Assembly: GCA_029855935.1 (NCBI GenBank)
Contig: JAGSHN010000023.1
Coordinates: 71,516 to 135,515 of the forward strand
Length of the DNA: 64,000 nt
Origin: Candidatus Thorarchaeota archaeon
GTDB lineage: Archaea; Asgardarchaeota; Thorarchaeia; Thorarchaeales; Thorarchaeaceae
Direction: 5' to 3'
How positions within the stretch are numbered: the stretch's first letter is position 1; each line of letters begins with the position of its first letter. The position numbers and the translations under genes were made by a program. The notes beneath the pieces are model-generated. The model did no database searches. It saw nothing but the letters and a program-made list of their open reading frames with translations, and was not told the origin of the DNA. Below are positions 49,874 to 60,129 of the stretch, piece after piece.

Positions 49874-50479
49874 ATGATAGCAAATGTGGACTGTATGGGA
49901 CTCGAGATTCGGGAACTTGAGAATCCAGACGACCTTCTCGACTGGTTGCTAGGTGGGGATGAACCTGCAGATCAGTCACACCACGACCTTGTCAATGGAC
50001 TGAGATGGGCACTGGTCTACACAACGGAGAGCATCGTGTGGGGAAAGATTCAGGATGGGAGATGGACGCTCGCGTCAAGCGTGTTCCCCGACACGCTCGT
50101 TTCACCGACCCACGACAATTTCCTTCGCGTCAGAATGTTTGGACCCCGTCTCGAGGTCAGAATATGGCGCCACGAGGAACAACTAATTGGTCGTGTCCTG
50201 GCTGATCAGCCCTCATTCCAAGGACCGGAGTGGCTTGAGCCGTGCGAACAGGAGTTCCTCCTTGTAGGCGACACCCTCGAAAGGTCCTCTGACAGGTTCT
50301 CGCTGGTCATCGGGAGGTCGGGCAGTCAGCAGGTTCTTCCCGTCAGTGTTGAGCCTGATACGTCCGGTAGACTCTCTCGTAGGCCACGCCTTGTCGTCAA
50401 ACACTATTTTGGGTCCGACCCTGAAACAGGAGAAACAAAACGGGTGGTTTCCCGGCTTGTTGATCTAATAGGAGGTTGA
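49874..50479 (+). CDS. csx19: Type III-D Csx19
   Basis: IVWG, VRMFG..EVRIWR, VKHY..SRLV; canonical position before the large RAMP. Confidence 0.85.
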   Translation: MIANVDCMGLEIRELENPDDLLDWLLGGDEPADQSHHDLVNGLRWALVYTTESIVWGKIQDGRWTLASSVFPDTLVSPTHDNFLRVRMFGPRLEVRIWRHEEQLIGRVLADQPSFQGPEWLEPCEQEFLLVGDTLERSSDRFSLVIGRSGSQQVLPVSVEPDTSGRLSRRPRLVVKHYFGSDPETGETKRVVSRLVDLIGG

Positions 50480-52659
50480 TGATAGTGCCAGTGAAACATG
50501 GATGGCCTAGTGATTCGATGCGCCACAGGAAGCAAGCCAGCTCGCGCGGCGACAGAAGAGGCGGAAAGGAAAGACCCCCAAGGGGGAAGAAGAGTCAGGC
50601 CAAGCAAGGGCGTGGTCCGAATGGACACTCCAAGAGCAAGGACCAACTCAAATCATCCACGGCGCCGTATAATTTCGTTCCGTTGCCGAATGAACCTATA
50701 CTGGTGGACAATGACGAAAAGTTCTATGTCGACCTCAATGGCGAGAGACGCCCAGTGTGGCAAATTGGAGACCACTTTCACGCGGACCTGTGCCACGGCT
50801 GGATAGACGTTGAGATAGAGGCCGAAACTCCCATCTACATTCGCTGTGCACCGCCCCCTGACAAGACATTGCCGTCGGACGTTCTCAGGAATCCGGAACT
50901 TCAGCATTTCTATCATCACGGTGATCCGGACAGACCCGTGATTCCCGGTAGCAGCATTAGAGGACCGATTCGCACGCTGTTTGAGATAGTGTCCTTCAGC
51001 AAGTTCATGCCGGGACAGCAGTTCCACGACAAGCAGTTCGTCTTCAGGGCAGTCGCCGACAGGTTCCCACTTGGGGACCATTATAGGGAGCTGATGACCA
51101 AGGGAGAGGTCCATGGGGGGTTCCTTGAGCGGAAGGGCAAGGACTGGTACATCCGTCCCGCAAAGGAGCCTCACGGGATAGCCATTGTGAAGATACCTGT
51201 GGATTGTGTTGCGCAGACGATGCCCAAAGGTGAGCACTGTGAGGTGCCAAGAGAGAAGTTGAAGAGTAAAGGCGCAGAGAATCTGAGGAGCATAGTGAGA
51301 TACATTGATCTTGATTCGTACTTGGATGAGGACAAGAACAGCAACGAGATAGAGTTACCTGCGTCAACTAAACTGTTCGAATCGCCAGAAGAGGGTCTTG
51401 AAGAGATTCACATCCTGCAGTGTGGCGAGGCTCCGAAACGAGAATTCTGCTACGCTATCTTCGGGCCTGAGGAGAACGATGACAGGCTCATTCCGATACC
51501 GGATGACCTGTGGATGCTGTATGATGAAGACGCAAAGATGAAGCGTGGCCTTCCCACCCGAGTGCTCCGCGAGAAGCACGCGCTACTCTATCTGACACGC
51601 AAGGACTACCGTTCTGAAGAGAATCCGCATAGTCTGGTATTCTTCGGCCCCTGCCGGATGTTTCGGATACCCTATGACTCAAGGGTGTCAGACCACGTAC
51701 CGGAGGCACTGAAGAAGCCCGGGGGGCTTGATCTGACCGAGGTGGTATTTGGTACCGCACGAAGGATCAATGACACAGACGGATCTGAGAGCAGCATTGC
51801 AATACGAAGTCGGCTGGTCTTTGAGGATGCATACTGGGTGGAGGGTGAAGACGGAAAGTCACCCTTCTATAAGAACAATGACGGAAGACGGGTCCCGCTA
51901 GTCCTGTCCGGTCCGAAGGCAACGGCATTTCAGCACTATCTCAAGCAGACACCGGAGGCAAAGGATGATCCGGAGGAGCATCTACTTGATTGGTCCGATG
52001 ACGAGGCGGAGATACGAGGCTACAAGCTATACTGGCACAAGAAGGGAGTGACGGACCGCGAGATCTTCCTGCACGACAAGGCAGGAAGGCCTCTCCGAAG
52101 ACCCCTGAAGAAACCCAAGCAACACACGGTGATTCGTCCTGTCAGGAGAGGGACGCGGTTCAGAGGAAGAATTCGTTTCAACAACCTGACGGATATCGAA
52201 CTGGGAGCGCTGCTCACCGTTCTTGACCTCGGACCCACAAAACGGCACAAGATTGGAATGGTCAAGCCCTACGGTATGGGGAGCGTGAGGATCACTCCCA
52301 CGGTCTATCGCATCGACCCGGTTGAGTGCTACTCGTGCCTGTTTGACGAGGCGGGTCGTCTTGCGCGACCAGCAGCACGACTTGAGGACGGAGAGGTCAC
52401 GAGGCTGAAGAGAGTGTTTGAGTCGTGGGTCACCCGCCGCGTGAAGACCGGGGGTCACAAGCTCTGGGAGATCCCGCGCTTGAAGAAGTTGTCAGTGATG
52501 CTGGAGTGGGACAACGCACCCGAGAGAACTTGCACGCGCTACCTGGGACACAATCCAGTGACAAACCGGATGAACCTGCGACTCTGGCGTGACAGGCCTA
52601 TCCTCCCCGACCCTGAGGAAGTGTCTAAGTGTAGAGCAAGAGCGCCTCAACGGGGCTGA
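50476..52659 (+). CDS. Type III-D Cas7 with large insertion (TIGR03986-like)
   Basis: APYNFVPL, IPGSSIRG, RGYKLYWH, FRGRIRFNNL..ELGALL, KIGMVKPYGMGS. Confidence 0.9.
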   Translation: MMIVPVKHGWPSDSMRHRKQASSRGDRRGGKERPPRGKKSQAKQGRGPNGHSKSKDQLKSSTAPYNFVPLPNEPILVDNDEKFYVDLNGERRPVWQIGDHFHADLCHGWIDVEIEAETPIYIRCAPPPDKTLPSDVLRNPELQHFYHHGDPDRPVIPGSSIRGPIRTLFEIVSFSKFMPGQQFHDKQFVFRAVADRFPLGDHYRELMTKGEVHGGFLERKGKDWYIRPAKEPHGIAIVKIPVDCVAQTMPKGEHCEVPREKLKSKGAENLRSIVRYIDLDSYLDEDKNSNEIELPASTKLFESPEEGLEEIHILQCGEAPKREFCYAIFGPEENDDRLIPIPDDLWMLYDEDAKMKRGLPTRVLREKHALLYLTRKDYRSEENPHSLVFFGPCRMFRIPYDSRVSDHVPEALKKPGGLDLTEVVFGTARRINDTDGSESSIAIRSRLVFEDAYWVEGEDGKSPFYKNNDGRRVPLVLSGPKATAFQHYLKQTPEAKDDPEEHLLDWSDDEAEIRGYKLYWHKKGVTDREIFLHDKAGRPLRRPLKKPKQHTVIRPVRRGTRFRGRIRFNNLTDIELGALLTVLDLGPTKRHKIGMVKPYGMGSVRITPTVYRIDPVECYSCLFDEAGRLARPAARLEDGEVTRLKRVFESWVTRRVKTGGHKLWEIPRLKKLSVMLEWDNAPERTCTRYLGHNPVTNRMNLRLWRDRPILPDPEEVSKCRARAPQRG

Positions 52660-53038
52660 GTCGGCAATAATGCAGACCTCACGGGGGAAATGGTAACCCC
52701 TCGTCGGTGAGACCCAGATAGAGGACTGCAACCACTCCGTGACGACAGCCCGTGGTACACCTACGACGGTCTTTCGGCCGGTGATTTAGTCGCCATCACC
52801 GAGCCGCTACAGCATTTGAGACGGTAGTCGCTGTTCACTGGCTACCAGCACCCGCAGGCCAAACACGGGCGCACGGCAATCCGGTACACTTGAGCCCTGT
52901 TGACTCGCAGGCGCCTCTGTGGACGGTCGTTCTACGAAGACCCGCTGACCTGACCGAGGTGGACAGACGGAGGGCCACACCGGGTCAAGATCTCTGAGCT
53001 GGCGCTTGCACGCAGAGTCCTATGCGGTCATTGAACCT

Positions 53039-53148
53039 CTATGTGTATCTTGTCACACCACCGTGCACAACTAGAGGTTTCCAGGACGGGGTGCACACAG
53101 CGACCACCATAACGCTTATTTTGGCGAAAATAGGTAAAAATACCTGCG
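53039..53148 (+). promoter_or_regulatory. CRISPR leader 2
   Basis: 110-nt homolog of leaders 1 and 3. Confidence 0.9.
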
Positions 53149-54200
53149 GTTTGAATCGGACTAGAAGTAGGGTTGAAACCGTAGTCCAGCGACAGGTCCC
53201 AGTCCAGCCCGTTGCAGGTTTGAATCGGACTAGAAGTAGGGTTGAAACGCGGACTTCGAGAAGATCGCTGCGGAGTGCTATCTGGCGTTTGAATCGGACT
53301 AGAAGTAGGGTTGAAACGCGCTCCAGTTCGTGTCTAGCACGCTGATTATAGCATGTTTGAATCGGACTAGAAGTAGGGTTGAAACCTCTTTATTCAATGG
53401 AATCTTATCTATTAGAAAATAGTTTGAATCGGACTAGAAGTAGGGTTGAAACGACGCAACATACGCGGAGAAAGTGCTGAAGATCATGCGTTTGAATCGG
53501 ACTAGAAGTAGGGTTGAAACCTGATGGATGCCCGCGACAGATAGTTCCGTTCCTTGAGTTTGAATCGGACTAGAAGTAGGGTTGAAACACTCTGGCCCTG
53601 ACATTCGCATACTCCTCGTATGCACTGTTTGAATCGGACTAGAAGTAGGGTTGAAACTCAACCCTGTCACTGCTGTCACACTGTCTACCCCCTGTTTGAA
53701 TCGGACTAGAAGTAGGGTTGAAACCTTGATGTTGCGCTCGATGTCTGGAAGGGCCGTGCTGGTTTGAATCGGACTAGAAGTAGGGTTGAAACGCATGACG
53801 AGAAGCGGGCTCACCCGTTCACCGCTCTTGTTTGAATCGGACTAGAAGTAGGGTTGAAACACTCCTCCTCCTTCATCAGAGCCTTCATCATCTCGTGTTT
53901 GAATCGGACTAGAAGTAGGGTTGAAACATGATACGGGTGGCTTATAAGTCAAATCTCCGTAAAAGTTTGAATCGGACTAGAAGTAGGGTTGAAACCGTTC
54001 TGCGAGGATGTTGCCCGAAGGGCGGTCGAGAGGTTTGAATCGGACTAGAAGTAGGGTTGAAACGGCAGAAGGCCAGAGGTGACATTCTCGATGCGCTGCG
54101 GAGTTTGAATCGGACTAGAAGTAGGGTTGAAACAGCTCATCCAAAATATCATCTGCTAAGACAAATATTGTTTGAATGGGACTAGAAGTAGCGCCGGTAG
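53149..54200 (+). CRISPR. CRISPR array 2: repeat GTTTGAATCGGACTAGAAGTAGGGTTGAAAC; 15 intact repeats plus 1 degenerate, 15 spacers
   Basis: Spacers 36-39 nt; terminal repeat at 54170 reads GTTTGAATGGGACTAGAAGTAGCGCC... Confidence 0.97.
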
Positions 54201-54398
54201 GAGAGGGATGGCATAAGGTCGTACGTGAGTCGGACGGAGGATGAATCTGGAACGGCTGTTCACCTGTGGGAGGACTGGTATCGCGAGGGAGTGAACTGGA
54301 GGGGTAGTGCCACCGTGGAATAGAGATTGCGAGGGCAGATGAACAATCGGCCGCACGGCTCAGCCGGGCACGGGGTCAGATTGCAGGAGAGATGATCG

Positions 54399-54662
54399 TC
54401 ACACTATGAAGTCGCGGACGGTCGCGTCAATCCCCATCACGTCGCGTCTGATGACGGACTCTGATTTCGCGATGTAGAAGATTATGGAGTCGTAATCGTC
54501 CTTGATGACGCCCTTGAGCTCGACCTTGAGCGCCTTGAGTGCAGCCTCGGATATCTCGCCCTCGAAGACCGAGTTCTGTACTCTGAAGAGGTGGCGCCTG
54601 AGGATGGCGCGGACCTTGTCTATCCGTTCGACCTCGATGTCATAGACGACGATGGCGTACGT
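54399..54662 (-). CDS. cas2: Cas2 (expected start codon is ACG; alternative ATG at 54716 inside cas1)
   Basis: YAIVVYDI..VQNSVFEGE..DSIIFY. Confidence 0.92.
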   Translation of the reverse strand, partial: TYAIVVYDIEVERIDKVRAILRRHLFRVQNSVFEGEISEAALKALKVELKGVIKDDYDSIIFYIAKSESVIRRDVMGIDATVRDFIV

Positions 54663-54663
54663 G

Positions 54664-55656
54664 TCACCACCCCCTCCTGGCCAGATAGGGGGAGTACTCG
54701 CTGCCCTCGCAGACATGCTTGAGGAGCTTGTACGCGTCCAGTCTGAGCAGGTACTCTCTGGAGACCTTTCTCTTCAGTCTTGGATGTCTCGCTGTCTCGC
54801 GTAGCCGGTCCTCGAACTTGCGGATGAAGGTCCTCCGGCCAGTGTCCGCGAGCAGGCAGGAGTTGAGTTCCTGGTTGAAGTCCTCCGCAGTGATCAGCTT
54901 CAGGTTCAGGACATAGAAGATGACAGAGTCGACGAGGACGGGTTTGAAGACCTCAGCGAGGTCGAGGGCGAGCGAGTACCGTCGCTCCAGCGGCTCGTGC
55001 AGATAGCTTATCGACGGGTCCAGTTGCGTGTGGTACAGCTGCGTCAGGACTGCTGAGTAGAGGAGCGAGTTACCGAAGCTGATGAGGGCATTCACAGGAT
55101 TGTTTGGTGGGCGCCGCACGCGTGGCCCCATCTCAAAGTCCTTGATGATGTGGTCGAATGTCTCATAGTAGATACCCCAGGCGCGGCCCTCGACGCTCAT
55201 CAGCTCCGGGACGGATCTGCAGTCATCTATCTCCTCAGCACACTCCTCCAGGCTGTCCACAGCGGGGCTGAGCGGCTCGCCTTTCGTCTTGTGTTGACGG
55301 CACGTGTGGACCATGTTCTGGATAGACGCGTGCACGATCTCTCCAGCAATGAGAAGCCGTCTGTCAGCATCGAGATATGCCTCTGCCTGATTGACAACGG
55401 CATATCCAGAGATCAGTCTCCTGCGCGGATAGAACGACCCCTCGAAGTTCCCGTAGTGGCCGAAGAAGTGAATGGGAATGCCGAGCGACGAGAGAAATGA
55501 GATGACCCCCGATGTGAGCGTGATGTGACCGACAGCATATATCGCCTTCACCTGCTCAACAGGGATGATTGTACGACCCTCACGATTGACAAAGTGCAGT
55601 GTCGACTCTTTCCTCAGGAGCCTACCGTTGGCGGTCAGATACAGGTTTCTCTTCAT
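54664..55656 (-). CDS. cas1: Type I-B Cas1
   Basis: LMSVEG, RRPPNNPVNALISFGN, SYLHEP..RYSLALDLAEVFKP. Confidence 0.95.
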   Translation of the reverse strand: MKRNLYLTANGRLLRKESTLHFVNREGRTIIPVEQVKAIYAVGHITLTSGVISFLSSLGIPIHFFGHYGNFEGSFYPRRRLISGYAVVNQAEAYLDADRRLLIAGEIVHASIQNMVHTCRQHKTKGEPLSPAVDSLEECAEEIDDCRSVPELMSVEGRAWGIYYETFDHIIKDFEMGPRVRRPPNNPVNALISFGNSLLYSAVLTQLYHTQLDPSISYLHEPLERRYSLALDLAEVFKPVLVDSVIFYVLNLKLITAEDFNQELNSCLLADTGRRTFIRKFEDRLRETARHPRLKRKVSREYLLRLDAYKLLKHVCEGSEYSPYLARRGW

Positions 55657-55660
55657 CTCA

Positions 55661-56230
55661 TCACACCCTGCAATAGTCCCGATATGCACAGTGACGACAG
55701 GGAGCGTTCTCCGGGACTGGTGGTGGGGTGCGGGCCTGCATCATCTCCCTTATCCTCCCAACCGCCTCACGTACCTCTCTGCGCCCGTCGTCATCTAGGG
55801 CCACCTCCTGTGTGCGCCGGTTCGAGTAGATGTGGATGACTCCCGAACAGCGCACGCCGAGGGCCTCGAGATAAGACATATAGAATAGGAGCTGGAGGCG
55901 GGCAGCCCTTAGATACGCACCGGACTTCTTCACCTCGTGAACCAGAACGAGCTCTCCCATTGCCGTATGGTCGAGTCGGATCTGACCGAAGATGAGTTGT
56001 TCCTTCTCGGCCCGCGAGAAGGATGACTGATGTATCAGGTTCCCGATACGTACCAGCTCGGAGTCCTGCTCCCGACCGAGCCTGTGAAGGAAGAGCCACA
56101 GCTTTCGCTCGCAGACGACCAAGTAGTTTATCATCGTGCCGTTGATGCCTGACCACCCGCGCACAACAGGGTTTCCCGCCATCGTAAGTTCGTCAAAGAA
56201 TGAACTCATCGGACGGTCTGTACTCATCAC
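55661..56230 (-). CDS. cas4: Cas4
   Basis: VCERKLWL, RLD..HEVKKS, QLLFY, CRHCAYRDYC. Confidence 0.93.
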   Translation of the reverse strand: MMSTDRPMSSFFDELTMAGNPVVRGWSGINGTMINYLVVCERKLWLFLHRLGREQDSELVRIGNLIHQSSFSRAEKEQLIFGQIRLDHTAMGELVLVHEVKKSGAYLRAARLQLLFYMSYLEALGVRCSGVIHIYSNRRTQEVALDDDGRREVREAVGRIREMMQARTPPPVPENAPCRHCAYRDYCRV

Positions 56231-58445
56231 GCATCAACTCCTTCACAAGGAGACCCCTCCTCGGGTCATATGGCACGTCGCACACCGGCATGCCCCTGAG
56301 CGTATAACGCACGAGATTCTCGGACACAATTGTGCCAAACACGTACCTCCTGACGCTCAGGATGTATTGCGGGAGGTCGAACCATCTCTGTCCGCTGACC
56401 TCCTGTGCCTCCTCCTCGTAGTAGGACGGGATTATCTCGACAGAGTCGAATAGACGCATATACTCGTCACGGCGGGGCTTTGCCATTGGCACAACGGTCT
56501 CCCAGGTACTCCTGAGGGCGTCGTATGCGCCCTCAAAGCGGCTCTGCTCCTCCTCTGTATAGCCCTCGCGATAGACGGCCTCCACTATGGCCCGTGAACC
56601 AGCCTCTGAGAGGAGCAGGCCATCACCGGCATCACGTTCTCTCAGTTCTCTCAGAGTTGCACTGACCCTCTCTGTTGCTGTGTACACCCTGTCGTCGTAG
56701 GGACCTCCCTCAGAGAAGACGAACACGTCAGCAGCAGGTCTGATCCGGCCCTGACGGTTCACTCTCCCGAACCTCTGAAGCAGGGCATCGACTGGCGCTG
56801 GCTCAGTGAATAGCACGTCAAAGTCAAGATCGAGAGACACCTCGACGGCCTGGGTTGCAACGAGGACCCCTGAGCTTTCAATCTCGCCCTCTCGCTCTAT
56901 CCTGTCCCTGAGGGCAAACCTGCCATGTAGGAGCGTCACGTCGGCCGAGTGAAGTCTCTCGACGAGATCATCGTAGACCTGGAGCGCCCGGTTGACCGTG
57001 TTGCACACGATGAGGACTCGATTCTCATGAACACGTTCAGTGATGTCGTCGACGTGCTGCATCACATCGCCGTTCATCAGACGGACCCTGTGTCTGACCC
57101 TCTCATCGAGAGAAGAGTCAATGAGTACCTTGTCGGCCGGAATCCGCAGATGACGTGCGAACTCACGTCGGAGGAATGATGGAAACGTCGCAGACATCAG
57201 CAGTATGTCAGACCCTTGTTCCCGGGCCACCTCAAGGAGAAACAGGATCAGTGCTATCGTGTGCGGATCATATGTGTGGACCTCGTCTACCACAATGAGA
57301 GCGCCGGTGACCTCAGCAAGGCCCATCTCAAACCCACGCACTCCGAAGAGCGTCTTGAGGGGTTGGTACGGTGTCGTCACCTTGACGGCAGAGTAGATCT
57401 TCCGGGCGACAGATGCCAAGTAGGCCGGGTCGACACCAGCCCGCTGGTAGTCCTCCTCAGCATAGTAAGAATAGAGGAACTGTGCCGAACGATGGTGGAG
57501 CATGGAGACAACGTCGAACCGGTTCGTGTCGCCCTGAGAGAGCATATCACGGAGCCGCTCATACATCTTGTTGATGCTCGCCGTGGTGGGCAGCAGGTAC
57601 AGGACTCTTCGCTTTGCAGCACCGTTGTTCGCAGACCAGAGAAGCGCAGCCTCGGTCTTGCCTACACCCGTTGGCGCGACTATGATGCCCGGGCCGGTGA
57701 GTCCTGCTGCCAGACGCTGTATCGGCCGTGGGTTGAACCCACTGAAGACTTCGGTCCAGCTGACGCGGGGTAGTGACGAAGCGTGTGCTGAGGCAAGGTG
57801 GTCGCACGTGAGCATCAGGCCCCGTAGGCCCATGAGCCGTGTCCGTTCTGGCCCTGTGATCTGCGGTCGGCGCTGGCGGTAGTCGCCGACGTATCTCACA
57901 AACGGGTCGGGCTCGCTCATCTCTGCCAGAGCGGACTCCCAGTCTCTCGGTATGGTCCTCAGCGCGTCCGCAGCAGTCCGACTGACGCGGCTGCACTTGT
58001 CGGCGAGCTCTGGGATAAGACCCACGAGTTCGTTCCACGTGGAATGAAGTTCTCCAAGGTACCTGAGATATCTCTCGTAGCCTCCCGCTCCACGGGGCAA
58101 CGTGGAGTAGCCGTTCCACAGTGTGTCAAGATCCTTGTGATGGGAGAGGACGGTGAGGGCGACCTCGCGGCCGAAGTCCTCTGACGGCCACTTCAGCAGG
58201 GAGAGTATAGCGGCGGAGAGGATCTCATGACGGTAGCCCCAGTGTCCGCCGCCCTTCAGAGTCTTCTGAAAGCCCGCAGCAGCCTTTCCTAGGTCGTGTG
58301 TGACGACCGCCGAGGTGAGTACGTCGTATAGGCCCTGGCCGAAGATTCGCTCGTGACATCCGATATCCACGAGATTCTCGGCAATGCCCAGTGCTCTCAC
58401 TGTGTGGTCCCTGAGGGTCTCGTCAGGCTTTGCAAGGAGCACCAT
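56193..58445 (-). CDS. cas3: Cas3 (HD nuclease plus SF2 helicase)
   Basis: HDLGK, HH, DHLAS; APTGVGKT, DEVH, MSAT, QRFGRVNR. Confidence 0.95.
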   Translation of the reverse strand: MVLLAKPDETLRDHTVRALGIAENLVDIGCHERIFGQGLYDVLTSAVVTHDLGKAAAGFQKTLKGGGHWGYRHEILSAAILSLLKWPSEDFGREVALTVLSHHKDLDTLWNGYSTLPRGAGGYERYLRYLGELHSTWNELVGLIPELADKCSRVSRTAADALRTIPRDWESALAEMSEPDPFVRYVGDYRQRRPQITGPERTRLMGLRGLMLTCDHLASAHASSLPRVSWTEVFSGFNPRPIQRLAAGLTGPGIIVAPTGVGKTEAALLWSANNGAAKRRVLYLLPTTASINKMYERLRDMLSQGDTNRFDVVSMLHHRSAQFLYSYYAEEDYQRAGVDPAYLASVARKIYSAVKVTTPYQPLKTLFGVRGFEMGLAEVTGALIVVDEVHTYDPHTIALILFLLEVAREQGSDILLMSATFPSFLRREFARHLRIPADKVLIDSSLDERVRHRVRLMNGDVMQHVDDITERVHENRVLIVCNTVNRALQVYDDLVERLHSADVTLLHGRFALRDRIEREGEIESSGVLVATQAVEVSLDLDFDVLFTEPAPVDALLQRFGRVNRQGRIRPAADVFVFSEGGPYDDRVYTATERVSATLRELRERDAGDGLLLSEAGSRAIVEAVYREGYTEEEQSRFEGAYDALRSTWETVVPMAKPRRDEYMRLFDSVEIIPSYYEEEAQEVSGQRWFDLPQYILSVRRYVFGTIVSENLVRYTLRGMPVCDVPYDPRRGLLVKELMRDEYRPSDEFIL

Positions 58446-58449
58446 CGGT

Positions 58450-59100
58450 CTATGTCAGCCCCATTGTCTGTGGGTCAAACATCTGCATCACAATGCCCCT
58501 ATCGGGGTCTACTACTCCCTCTCCTCGTGCCCGATAAGTGTCCGTGATCAGATAGAACGGCCTAGTACCTACTGCCCTCCGCGGGATCTCCTCCGTGAAG
58601 TAGAGTGGGAGAGCGTACATAAACGCCCAGCGGTATCCTGTCGGAGGACTCACGTACAGTCCTCGCCCGAAGAGGTTCTCCTCCTTGTCAGTCACCTGCT
58701 CAAGGTCCACCCTCTCCACCGAGTCCACAGTCGCAAGGTCAGTAGAGCGGCCCAACAGCAGCGGGAAGTGCGGCCTCCTCAGATGCTGCTCCATCTCCGT
58801 GTCCACGTAGAGTGTCAGGTGACAGTCGAACAGCATCTCCCTCCTGATGACGTTCCACTTTCCACCCTTTCCCGGCTCCACCTCCAGTATCCTCTCAAGG
58901 TCGGTCGCGCGTCCGCGAGAGGTGAAGGTGTAGGCCAGAAAGGTGTCGTGTGGAGTGATGATGCGGCCGGCCGTTGCTGAGAGCAGGCCGTACACGGTCG
59001 ACGGCGGCGGGAGAGGAAGGGTGGGCTGTCTGCCGATCATAAAACCGGCATATCTGAACGAGGCGGTCCACGAGCTTATCTCTGCACGTACAGCCTCCAC
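58450..59100 (-). CDS. cas5: Cas5 (Cas5t, type I-B)
   Basis: WTASFRY..PPPSTVYGLL, LLLGRSTDLA; GTG start at 59100 after a GGGTGG SD. Confidence 0.9.
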   Translation of the reverse strand: MEAVRAEISSWTASFRYAGFMIGRQPTLPLPPPSTVYGLLSATAGRIITPHDTFLAYTFTSRGRATDLERILEVEPGKGGKWNVIRREMLFDCHLTLYVDTEMEQHLRRPHFPLLLGRSTDLATVDSVERVDLEQVTDKEENLFGRGLYVSPPTGYRWAFMYALPLYFTEEIPRRAVGTRPFYLITDTYRARGEGVVDPDRGIVMQMFDPQTMGLT

Positions 59101-59122
59101 CGTGACCACCCTCTTCACAGCC

Positions 59123-60127
59123 CTAGTCGATGAGGTCAGGTATGCGTTCCGACAGTGCCTTGACAACGCTGACAACCGAGCCCAAGACTACCTTCTCGCC
59201 AAACTCGGCCTGGAGCTTCTCCAGTGGCTCGGCCTGACTGTCCAGAAAGCCCGCCTCTCGGCCTATGAACAGCGGAGAGAGGACCTCATCGCCGTAGTCC
59301 TGCAGCACCTGACGCAGAGAGGCGATGTTTATCTCGGGAGCACCGTCTCTGGTAGTGACCGCGTGTGAGAGCAGATGGCTCCCCGTCCTGAATGCCCCAA
59401 GGATGACAAGACTGGGCGCGACCCGAGTCAGGTGTCGGGCCTGCATTGCGCCGCCCTCCAGGAACGGCAGGACCTCTATGACGTCCCGCACACGTTTCAC
59501 ACGAATCTCCTTGACCAGCTCGAAGTAGCCGTCGCTGCGCTTTGTGCAGACCTTGGCGTACTCAGACGGGACCTCGTAGTCGCTGGGCAGGTTCTGACTC
59601 CCCGCCGTCTGGACTGCCTTGAACACTCCCGCTGACTCAAGGTCTATCGAGAAGATGCCCTTCAGGACCGTGGAGTAGAACTCGTGCTCGTATGGCACAG
59701 GGTCGCCCTCCAGGCGAGAGAAAGTCCCGAAGTCTGCGGTAGGACGATGGGGCACTACCGAAACGAGCACCGACGTCTTGAGCACCGATTGCCTCGTCAG
59801 CGCGGAGCCCGTCTTGCCAGTCTTCTTCGGAGCCCGCATGTAACCAAAGATGTCATCATCCGGGTACTTGATGGGGTCTGCTGCGGTGTACGCTATCTTC
59901 TTCTCCCGATTGATGGGGGAGAGCTCCCATCCCTTCCTTCGTGCCAGGGTGTCCCGCCACCAGTATCTCCAGGCCTGTCCCGACACGTAGGGACGGGGGC
60001 CGTCATTGGTCCAGAACACCTTCGTCCTCACGATGTTGTCTGTCCGTTCTGACACGTCGGTGCCCGCATTGTTGAGCGCAGACGCCCACGTGTCGACAAG
60101 GACAAGACCCTGTATTGTCTTTGGCAT
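59123..60127 (-). CDS. cas7: Cas7 (Cst2/DevR-type, type I-B)
   Basis: SALNNAG, YVSGQAWRYWWR, DDIFGYMRA. Confidence 0.92.
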   Translation of the reverse strand: MPKTIQGLVLVDTWASALNNAGTDVSERTDNIVRTKVFWTNDGPRPYVSGQAWRYWWRDTLARRKGWELSPINREKKIAYTAADPIKYPDDDIFGYMRAPKKTGKTGSALTRQSVLKTSVLVSVVPHRPTADFGTFSRLEGDPVPYEHEFYSTVLKGIFSIDLESAGVFKAVQTAGSQNLPSDYEVPSEYAKVCTKRSDGYFELVKEIRVKRVRDVIEVLPFLEGGAMQARHLTRVAPSLVILGAFRTGSHLLSHAVTTRDGAPEINIASLRQVLQDYGDEVLSPLFIGREAGFLDSQAEPLEKLQAEFGEKVVLGSVVSVVKALSERIPDLID

Positions 60128-60129
60128 CT

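Noticed and set aside
52670-52805. Hairpins between the III-D operon and leader 2 as a tracr-like or other ncRNA
   Set aside because: The stems are short for GC-rich DNA and show no complementarity to the repeat.
54223-54330. Further degenerate repeats after array 2 (e.g. GGATGAATCTGGAAC at 54239)
   Set aside because: Only short partial matches, or out of phase; not distinguishable from chance.
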